Translations under genes and position numbers: made by a program
DNA from: Terrimicrobiaceae bacterium
GTDB taxonomy: Bacteria; Verrucomicrobiota; Verrucomicrobiia; Chthoniobacterales; Terrimicrobiaceae
Direction: 5' to 3'
NCBI GenBank assembly: GCA_044342325.1
Contig: JBIIPZ010000043.1
Span: 1 to 21,360 of the forward strand
DNA: 21,360 bases
Shown: positions 6,307 through 13,199 of the stretch, one piece after another
How the letters are laid out: every line of letters starts with the position of its first letter
How positions within the stretch are numbered: position 1 is the stretch's first letter
Notes under the pieces: generated by a model
What the model was told of the DNA's origin: nothing
The model's input: the letters and a program-made list of their open reading frames with translations, nothing else
Databases searched by the model: none

Positions 6307-6894
6307 TCAATTCCCCGCGGCGTAGTTCGAAGCTGACGTCCTTGACGGCGAAGAACTCGCCGTCCCGAAGCGAAGCTTCGGGAGTAACGAGTCCAGAAGA
6401 AGATTTCTTACCACACCCAGGCGGCTGGGCGGCTGGGCGGCCGCTCGGGAGACTGCCGAAGGCAGCCCCGCAGGGGCGAGACGAGAGGGATCGAGCGAGT
6501 CAAATTTCACGGATTCAGAATCTGAACCAGTTTGGTCCCCGGAAGCGCGGGAGTCATTCGCGGAGCGAATGGAAGCGAGTTTTTCGGAGTCCATCTGCAA
6601 GCCTGCTTGCGAGTGGCCTTCCAAAAACTCCGCCGAATCAGCACGCTGATTCCCGCCCGCGCCAACCTCGGTGCTCTCTGTGTCCTCTGTGGTTAAATTT
6701 TTCTTGGAGCTCGCCTGCTTCGCAGGCTTCGTCCGATCATTCACCTCCCCGATCTTGAGATACGGATCCTCCTTCCCACGAAGCCGGTGCCACCAGCGGT
6801 TCACATCATGCGCCAGCGAACCCGTCCCCACTTCACCGAGGCGGTAGAGCTTGGAGATGCCCTCCACCCGAATTACAACATCCCGATCACTCAT
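6307..6894 (-). pseudogene. Longest wzt 5' stub (56 codons, 6727-6894), continuing as a repeat-derived open frame
   Basis: MSDRDVVIRVEGISKLYRLGEVGTGSLAHDVNRWWHRLRGKEDPYLKIGEVNDRTK is a typical Wzt N-terminus; no WAL..V.F, Walker B or ABC signature follows. Confidence 0.9.
6415..6503 (+). mobile_element. Palindromic insertion element, divergent copy
   Basis: ACCCAGGC...CGGGAGA CTGCC-GAA-GGCAG CCCC-GCA-GGGG CGAGACG...GCGAGTCAA. Confidence 0.75.
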
Positions 6895-7514
6895 TTTCCG
6901 CGCTTGATGACATGTTTGAACTTGAGAACCGCGAAATTCAACTCGATTGAAGTCTCAGTGTCGCTCGTGTAGAGTTCGTCCTCGAACAGTTCGGAAACCA
7001 GTTCGCCGCTGCGTTGCAGCAGTGGCTTTTGAGCGGCTTCTTCCTTTGTGGCCGATAATGTCGTGATTGTCCGCGAAAGCTCGCGGATTTTTGCAAAAGT
7101 TTGCCGACCTCGCGCCCGCTCGTGTCGCCCTGCGGGCTGCCGAAAGGGCAGGCTTCCCCGCGCCATCCCAAGGCGCCGGGGTTCGATGATCGTGAATGTC
7201 GCTTCCGTGGCTTGCGGGCTTTTCAGGATTGTTGCCAGCATGTAGAGCCCCTTTTCAGGAAAGGCTGTAGGGGGTTTCACTTTGCCACCCCGTTTTGAAG
7301 TCGAAAATTTCGACTTCAAACCAACCCACTCATCTTTTGATATTTGTATGAGGTATCCTTCGGGAAATTTCTCTGGATTGTTTTTGACAGCTTCGTTGAT
7401 TCGTTTGGTTTCCACTCCATAGATCAACGCCACATCTTGATCCAAGAGCACTTTCTGACCTCGTATTTCCAAGATGCTTTCTTGGATTATTTTTACATCA
7501 AGCGGCTTATTCAT
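6891..7514 (-). CDS. ORF6N-domain protein with a 27-aa in-frame insertion
   Basis: IRGQKVLLDQDVALIYGVETKRINEAVKNNPEKFPEGY...EKGLYMLATILKS...IIE[insert]TFAKIRELSR...IELNFAVLKFKH. Confidence 0.9.
   Translation of the reverse strand: MNKPLDVKIIQESILEIRGQKVLLDQDVALIYGVETKRINEAVKNNPEKFPEGYLIQISKDEWVGLKSKFSTSKRGGKVKPPTAFPEKGLYMLATILKSPQATEATFTIIEPRRLGMARGSLPFRQPAGRHERARGRQTFAKIRELSRTITTLSATKEEAAQKPLLQRSGELVSELFEDELYTSDTETSIELNFAVLKFKHVIKRGK
7101..7181 (-). mobile_element. Palindromic 81-bp element inserted in frame in the ORF6N gene
   Basis: On -: CCCCGGC..TTGGGA..GCGCGGGGAAGC CTGCC-CTTTC-GGCAG CCC-GCA-GGG CGACACG...GGCAA; GC-rich within an AT-rich gene. Confidence 0.8.
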
Positions 7515-7579
7515 ATTAGGATTATTTTGATTTTTCCTGGCCTTTACCCACCCACACTGGCGATGAGGTGGGGCATGGC

Positions 7580-7711
7580 AAGGCGGTAGAACTTGGACCC
7601 AGGCAAGGTTGGGAACCTGCGCGGGAGACTACCGAAGGTAGCCCGTAGGGTGAGACGCCGAGGGCAAGGCGCGAATCAAATGTTTTCAACGCGAATAACG
7701 GTGTCGGACAT
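7580..7711 (-). pseudogene. Truncated wzt 5' end interrupted by a palindromic element
   Basis: MSDTVIRVENI [insert] SKFYRL; removing the insert restores ATT TCC AAG. Confidence 0.9.
7597..7679 (+). mobile_element. Palindromic ~83-bp insertion element
   Basis: ACCCAGGC..TTGGGA..GCGCGGGAGA CTACC-GAA-GGTAG CCC-GTA-GGG TGAGACG...GCGAATCAA. Confidence 0.85.
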
Positions 7712-7765
7712 AGAGCGGAAGAAGTAGCGTGGGCGAGTGGCGGATTACTGCAAAGAGAAACTTTT

Positions 7766-8284
7766 TTATTTAATCCCAAGACCCTTAGCCCAATTCAACC
7801 ATGTTTGTGTCAAGCCATGGTGCTTTAGAATTTCCGTGAATTTGGGCAACTGAAAATCTTGCAGTTCATAAAGATAGACCACACGAGCTCGATCTTTGGG
7901 GCGCCCTACTGTGAGAGCGATGGCCGCCAAGTATTCAGGTGTCATGACCCGAATGGTATGTCCATCCCACTGCAAGACATCTGCGTTATTGACAGCCTCA
8001 ATCTCAAGCTCGCTGGATGCCGCCAGAAACTGCACTGGCATGCCGTGGATAACAATGCCTTCTTCGTCAAATTCGGAGAAGCCCAACTCGGAAAGCTTTT
8101 TGAAAATAGGTTCCAAGCTGACTAAAAACGAGCCTTCCGGAACATTCAAAAAGCAAAAAACATCGATGTCCCGGGTAGCCAGCGGTTCTCCATGAAAACC
8201 TGCAGCTGTTGCTCCGCCTATTGCGTATTTCCCAACAACACCTGCATTGAGAAGCTGCTCTAAAACATCACAAACCTTTTGCAT
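7766..8284 (-). CDS. Nucleotidyltransferase-fold protein
   Basis: YAIGGATAAGFHGEPLATRDIDVF (GG...DxD) and C-terminal GRPKD. Confidence 0.8.
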   Translation of the reverse strand: MQKVCDVLEQLLNAGVVGKYAIGGATAAGFHGEPLATRDIDVFCFLNVPEGSFLVSLEPIFKKLSELGFSEFDEEGIVIHGMPVQFLAASSELEIEAVNNADVLQWDGHTIRVMTPEYLAAIALTVGRPKDRARVVYLYELQDFQLPKFTEILKHHGLTQTWLNWAKGLGIK

Positions 8285-8468
8285 GTCGCTTGATTTTCTC
8301 TAATTCCAATGTCTCTAAAATTGTTTGCCCCAAAAGCGCTACTTTTTCACCGATGGGCAGATTTCTTTGTTTTTGCCTCCACATGGTTTTTTCACGCAAC
8401 CACAAAAGCCCTTCGGAGTTGCATAGCGAATGAGCCGCAATGTTTCGATTTTTGATTTTTTTCTCCAT
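8268..8468 (-). CDS. Small hypothetical protein, partner of the nucleotidyltransferase
   Basis: 66 aa, basic, contains LPIGEKV; overlaps the downstream gene by 17 bp. Confidence 0.6.
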   Translation of the reverse strand: MEKKIKNRNIAAHSLCNSEGLLWLREKTMWRQKQRNLPIGEKVALLGQTILETLELEKIKRHAKGL

Positions 8469-8499
8469 TGAAAACAAGGCTTTGAGGCAAAGGCCCAAC

Positions 8500-9363
8500 C
8501 TACACAGTGTCCATGAAGGTGCGCTCGACTTTTTTGAACATGACGATGCCGAGGAAAAGCAGCACGGCAGTAATGGCAGCGGCGATTCCGAGGCCTTGCC
8601 ATGGGATTGCGCCGCCGAGGAAGATGGCGCGGAAGCTCTCGATGACGGGGGCCATGGGGTTGAAATTCATGAGGAAAGCGTATTTTTCAGGAACTATGCT
8701 GGCCGGGTAGATGATGGGGGTGGCATACATGGCGAGTTGGACTCCGAAACCGACGAGGAACGTGAAATCGCGGTATTTTGTAGTGAGCGAGGAGATGATG
8801 ATACCAGCACCGAGGCCGAGCAAGGCCATGATTCCAAGAAGGATGGGAGCAAGGAGGAAAACCATAGGCCAATCGGTATGGAGATCGGCTCCTTTGATGG
8901 AGTAGAAAGCGAGAAACGCAAAAAAGAGGAGAAATTGGATGCCAAACTGGATGAGGTTTGAAATGACAATCGAAAGCGGCGTGACGAGTCTGGGAAAGTA
9001 GACTTTGCCGAAGATGCCGGCATTCGCCACAAAGGTGGAGGAGGTTTTTGTGAGGCAGGTGGAAAAGTAGTTCCACGGAGTAATGCCGGCGAGGTAGAAA
9101 AGCATGGGAGGAAGGCCATTGGTGGGCAACTTAGCCAGACCACTGAAGATCACTGTGAAAATGAGGGTGGTCAGGATGGGTTGGACAAAAAACCAGAGTG
9201 GGCCAAGGACGGTTTGCTTGTAAACGGAGACAAAGTCCCGCCGCACGAACATCCAAAGCAGATCGCGGTAGTGCCAGACATCGCGGAGCTGCAAATCCCA
9301 CCAGCGTGTGGTGGGGTTGAGCACCATGTCCCAATTTTCGTTTTCGGTGTTGGAGGATGTCAT
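8500..9363 (-). CDS. wzm: Polysaccharide ABC exporter permease (ABC-2 type)
   Basis: LRDVWHYRDLLWMFVRRDFVSVYKQTVLGPLWFFVQP...KVYFPRL...KYRD...YATPIIYP...FKKVERTFMDTV; ATG at 9363 chosen because it lies downstream of the regulator stop. Confidence 0.95.
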   Translation of the reverse strand: MTSSNTENENWDMVLNPTTRWWDLQLRDVWHYRDLLWMFVRRDFVSVYKQTVLGPLWFFVQPILTTLIFTVIFSGLAKLPTNGLPPMLFYLAGITPWNYFSTCLTKTSSTFVANAGIFGKVYFPRLVTPLSIVISNLIQFGIQFLLFFAFLAFYSIKGADLHTDWPMVFLLAPILLGIMALLGLGAGIIISSLTTKYRDFTFLVGFGVQLAMYATPIIYPASIVPEKYAFLMNFNPMAPVIESFRAIFLGGAIPWQGLGIAAAITAVLLFLGIVMFKKVERTFMDTV

Positions 9364-9394
9364 AAGGTGTTGGATTGCGTGAAGAAAAGGCGAC

Positions 9395-9967
9395 TCAGAA
9401 TTTGCCGGCGAGGACTTTGATGAGGGGGAGGGCTTTTCCAAAAAACTTATACCAGCCGGCGATCTGGCCGAGGCGGGATTTTTCGAAGTGGGCGGTGGGA
9501 GAGGCCGGGTCGATACTGGATTCGAGGACGCTCAGGCGGCTGGGGCCGTTTTCGAGGTGGGGATCGATGCGGTCGCGGAGGTAGCCGCTGGCGAGCTTGC
9601 GCAGGCTGGTCTCGGCGGTGAAGTGTTCTTTTCGGATGCCAGGCAGGTAAACTTGGTTCACGGCACCGAGTGAACGGAGCCAGCGCAGGCCTTCACTTGC
9701 GGATCCGCGACTAAGTTGCAGGCGGGTCTGCACATCGTCGAGCGAGAGAGGTTCGGGCGTGCTGAAGAGGAGGCCGTAGATTTCACCGATGGAACGGGGC
9801 AGCGAGAGGGCTCCGAAGACATGGATAAAAAGTGCGACGGACTGGAGCTGAAAGGCGCTGAGTGGAGGTGGCGGCGATATCTGGAGATTCCCTCTCCGTG
9901 CAGATTGGGAGCTTTTTACAGACAAGCTGCCGCCCTTGGTAAAAGGGGTGTCTTTTACCGGCGGCAT
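9395..9967 (-). CDS. GbsR/MarR family transcriptional regulator (start uncertain)
   Basis: LPRSIGEIYGLLF.TPEPLSLDDV..RLQLSRGSASEGLRWLRSLGAV....RKEHF.AE winged helix. Confidence 0.85.
   Translation of the reverse strand: MPPVKDTPFTKGGSLSVKSSQSARRGNLQISPPPPLSAFQLQSVALFIHVFGALSLPRSIGEIYGLLFSTPEPLSLDDVQTRLQLSRGSASEGLRWLRSLGAVNQVYLPGIRKEHFTAETSLRKLASGYLRDRIDPHLENGPSRLSVLESSIDPASPTAHFEKSRLGQIAGWYKFFGKALPLIKVLAGKF
9938..9959. promoter_or_regulatory. Inverted repeat, candidate operator
   Basis: GGTAAAAG-N6-CTTTTACC at the head of the regulator-wzm operon. Confidence 0.45.
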
Positions 9968-10076
9968 GGTAAGAATATTGTTTTCCACGAGCCTCTGTGA
10001 GAGGGGATGACGAGGGGAAACCTCGCTCAACTGCAATTTTGTTCAAGTTTTTTTGAACAAAATTTTAGGGGATTTT

Positions 10077-10724
10077 TCAGGGGGTGGTGTTTTTTTCTTC
10101 TTCAACGACTTCGGGGGCGACGGCGCGGAGGGCTTTTTGTGCGGCGCGGGTGATCCAGACGGTGACGGCGATGGTGAAGGCGAGCTCGAGGGCGTAGAGT
10201 GCCCAGGCCCACGGGCCTTGGTTGATGTCGCCTTTGGCAGCGGCGCCGATGACCGCCCCGCTATAGGAATAGGCGGCACTAATTGGCAGGAAGCCCACCC
10301 AAGAGGCGACGATGTAACGCCAGAAATTGATTCGCGAGAGGCCGAAGGCGCAGCTCACAAGGCTGTGCGGCAGGATGGGTGAAATGCGGGTGAGGATGAT
10401 CATTCGCCAAGCATCCTTGGTGGCGACATGGTTGAGGGCGTGGAATTTTTTGCTCTTAGCGAAGCGGCGCTCCATCCAGCCTCGCAGGAGGTAGCGGGTG
10501 GAGAGGAAATTTGCGAGCGCACCGCCGATGGAGGCCACGGAGACAAGCAGCGTGCCGCCCCAGAATCCATACACCGCACCAGCACCGAAGCTCAGAACAG
10601 AGCCGGGCAGGAAAAGCACACAAGACAGCGTGTAGAGAATGACAAACCAAATCCAGCCGACGGGACCGGTTTGCTCGATCCAGACCATCGCTTCGCGGGT
10701 CCAGGCTGTCCATTGATCAAGCAT
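10077..10724 (-). CDS. TVP38/TMEM64 (VTT/DedA-related) membrane protein
   Basis: FLPGSVLSFGAGAVYGFWGG...ILTRISPILP...FGLSRI.FWRY..ASWVGFLP. Confidence 0.9.
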   Translation of the reverse strand: MLDQWTAWTREAMVWIEQTGPVGWIWFVILYTLSCVLFLPGSVLSFGAGAVYGFWGGTLLVSVASIGGALANFLSTRYLLRGWMERRFAKSKKFHALNHVATKDAWRMIILTRISPILPHSLVSCAFGLSRINFWRYIVASWVGFLPISAAYSYSGAVIGAAAKGDINQGPWAWALYALELAFTIAVTVWITRAAQKALRAVAPEVVEEEKNTTP

Positions 10725-10785
10725 GGGAAAGGGGCGCAAACACGCATCCTGCGGGCGAAGGCAGCGATGAGGATGGGGCGGCGAC

Positions 10786-10810
10786 ACTGAAAACTGAAAA
10801 CTGAAAACTG
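10786..10810. repeat. (ACTGAAA)x3.5 heptamer repeat
   Basis: actgaaa actgaaa actgaaa actg between gatB and the TVP38 gene. Confidence 0.85.
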
Positions 10811-10871
10811 CACGCCCTAGTTGTTTCGAAATCCAGCGTGCATGCGCCCGGGACGGACGCGCCCCCTTTTT

Positions 10872-12329
10872 TTAACACGAGAGTTTTTTCTCCAGAATCT
10901 CGCCGGCGAGGGCGGGGTTGGCTTTGCCTTTGGAGAGTTTCATGACTTGGCCTTTGAGGAAATTGAGAGCGGAGACCTTGCCTGCCTTGAAATCGGCTAC
11001 AGGGCCTGGATTGGCGGCGATGGCTTGATCGACGAAGATCTCGATGGCGCCGGTGTCGCTTTCCTGCTTGAGGCCTTTTTCCTCGACGATGGTGGCGGCG
11101 GATTTTCCCGTGCTGAACATTTCGGCGAAGACTTCCTTGCCCTGTTTGGAGTTGATGGCGCCGGAGTCGATGAGATTCACGAGTTCGTCGAGGGCGTGCG
11201 GTGCAACGGGACACTCGGCGATTCCGACGGAGGCTGATGAAATCGCGCTCTGGAGGTCGTTGAGAATCCAGTTGGCAACATTCTTGGGCTTCTTGGCGCC
11301 GCGCGCGGCAGTTTCGAAATACGAAGCGAGAGCGAGGTCGTTCGCGAGCACAGAGGCATCGTAATCGCTCACGCCGAATTCGCTGACGAAGCGGGCGCGT
11401 TTTTCCCACGGCAACTCGGGCTTGCGAGCCCGGGCGGCTTCGACGAGGGAGGCGGTTTTTACTGGAAGAAGATCGGGGTCGGGGAAGTAGCGGTAGTCGT
11501 GCGCGCTTTCCTTGATGCGCATGAGGGTTGTCTCGCCTCGGGTGTCGTCCCAGCGGCGGGTTTCCTGCTGGAGCGTGGCACCACCGCGAAGGGCTTCGAT
11601 CTGGCGGGGAATCTCGAAGGCGAGAGCGCGGCGGACGCCGGAGATGGAGTTGAGATTTTTCACCTCGATTTTGGTGCCGTATTTTTCAGTTCCTACGGGA
11701 CGGACCGAGACATTGACATCGCAGCGGAGCTGGCCTTTCTCCATGTCGGCGTCGCTGATACCGCCGTAGATCATGACCTGCTGCAGCACGGTGAGGTAAG
11801 CAAAGGCCTCTTCGGGCGAGGAAATATCGGGCTCGCCGACGATTTCGAGCAATGGCGTGCCGGCGCGGTTGAAGTCGATGCCGGTGGCGGTTTCCATGTG
11901 GAAGCTCTTGGCGACATCCTCCTCGATATGGATGCGGACGAGACGGATATTTTTATCCTTTGTGGCGATGCTTTTTTGGGCGTCCTTCGGATACGCGAGA
12001 TCGTGGAGAGGAACGGTGCCGCCGAGGCAGAAGGGCAGATCGTATTGGCTGATCTGGTAGTTCTTCGGCATATCTGGGTAGAAATAGTTTTTGCGGTCGA
12101 ACTTGCAGACCGGCCCGATCTCGCAGCCCAGCATGAGGCCTGCGAGCGCGGTGAGCTTGAGAGCCTCTTCGTTCATGACAGGCAGGGCACCGGGCATGCC
12201 GAGGCAGACCGGGCAGACATTGGTATTCGGCTCGGCGCCGTATTCCACCGCGCAGGAGCAAAACATCTTGCTGCGGGTTTTGAGCTGAACATGGACTTCG
12301 AGGCCGATGGTGGCGATGTAATCTGTCAT
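10872..12329 (-). CDS. gatB: Asp/Glu-tRNA amidotransferase subunit B
   Basis: IGLEVHVQLKTRSKMFC, FDRKNYFYPDMPKNYQISQ, DFNRAGTPLLEIV, LRCDVNVS, DYRYFPDPDL. Confidence 0.99.
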   Translation of the reverse strand: MTDYIATIGLEVHVQLKTRSKMFCSCAVEYGAEPNTNVCPVCLGMPGALPVMNEEALKLTALAGLMLGCEIGPVCKFDRKNYFYPDMPKNYQISQYDLPFCLGGTVPLHDLAYPKDAQKSIATKDKNIRLVRIHIEEDVAKSFHMETATGIDFNRAGTPLLEIVGEPDISSPEEAFAYLTVLQQVMIYGGISDADMEKGQLRCDVNVSVRPVGTEKYGTKIEVKNLNSISGVRRALAFEIPRQIEALRGGATLQQETRRWDDTRGETTLMRIKESAHDYRYFPDPDLLPVKTASLVEAARARKPELPWEKRARFVSEFGVSDYDASVLANDLALASYFETAARGAKKPKNVANWILNDLQSAISSASVGIAECPVAPHALDELVNLIDSGAINSKQGKEVFAEMFSTGKSAATIVEEKGLKQESDTGAIEIFVDQAIAANPGPVADFKAGKVSALNFLKGQVMKLSKGKANPALAGEILEKKLSC

Positions 12330-13189
12330 GGTGTCTTTTTGGAAGAGGTGGGATTTTGCTTCGGTGGCATGGCGTAATCGAGAGCTTTTTCGAGATCGAG
12401 TGCCATGATGAGCTTTTGCAACGAAGGATCGGTGGCGGCATTCAGAACCGTGCGGCTCTGGATGAGTGCGATGAAATTTTTATTCTCCGCCGATTGCACC
12501 ACGACGGGATCCTGCATCAAGGCCTGAATGCGTGGGTGAGTGACGATTTCCTGCACGCCGGGATAATCGAGAAAACGCAAGAGCGCGTCTTGGTTTTTCG
12601 TCAACTGCCCAATGCGGGTAATGTTCTCGTAGGCTTGTGAAGGGAGAATGTCGACAGACTCCACAATCTCACCGACGGGGCCCATTTCGAGGGAATCCTT
12701 GAGCATGGCAAATGTGCGGGCCGAAGCGGGGGCGTCCTGGGATTTTTGCCCGGCCATGCCGGATTTCGCAACGGCGCCCGAAGTGCGTATGATGGAGACC
12801 GCTCCCCAGAGAATGAAGAGGCCGGTGAGAAGTCCGAAAATGGCGCCACCGGCTCCAAAGGTCCAACGGACGAGACCGGGGGGCTGGTGCGAGGTTCGTT
12901 TAAAAAGGACAGCGCCGAGGAAGAGGCAGACACCGAGTGTGACGAGAGCCACAGCGCCTCCAGCAATCAATCCCGCCAAGAATGCGAGACCAGGCAAAAC
13001 CAGGCCGATGACAGCTCCAACGGTCTGCCCCACCAGCATGCCGAGGAGGCCCGAAGCGACGAAGGCACCGAAATGCAGCCCCCCGCGAATGAGCCCACGC
13101 CGCCAGCCGGCGTAGATTTCCCAGAGCATGAAAACGGCCGCGCTGTAGAGCAGGACATTCTGCCAAAATGGAGAGCCGAGGTCGGACAT
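12326..13189 (-). CDS. CvpA family membrane protein
   Basis: YAGWRRGLIR motif, four TM segments, FGAGGAIFGLLTG; overlaps the gatB start. Confidence 0.7.
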   Translation of the reverse strand: MSDLGSPFWQNVLLYSAAVFMLWEIYAGWRRGLIRGGLHFGAFVASGLLGMLVGQTVGAVIGLVLPGLAFLAGLIAGGAVALVTLGVCLFLGAVLFKRTSHQPPGLVRWTFGAGGAIFGLLTGLFILWGAVSIIRTSGAVAKSGMAGQKSQDAPASARTFAMLKDSLEMGPVGEIVESVDILPSQAYENITRIGQLTKNQDALLRFLDYPGVQEIVTHPRIQALMQDPVVVQSAENKNFIALIQSRTVLNAATDPSLQKLIMALDLEKALDYAMPPKQNPTSSKKTP

Positions 13190-13199
13190 GCCTAGATAA

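Noticed and set aside
6107..6310. 67-aa ORF as a real gene
   Set aside because: Patchwork of a hairpin, a Wzt Walker-A scrap and a heptamer tract; only the scrap is reported.
2503..7711. Simple assembly duplication as the source of the wzt stubs
   Set aside because: Copies differ at synonymous sites, in length and in inserts, and each has different neighbours. A metagenomic chimera still needs long reads to exclude.
1..8468. Classical integron or CRISPR array
   Set aside because: No intI or cas gene, no recognisable attC (RYYYAAC...GTTRRRY) sites between cargo genes, and no constant repeat with regular spacers.
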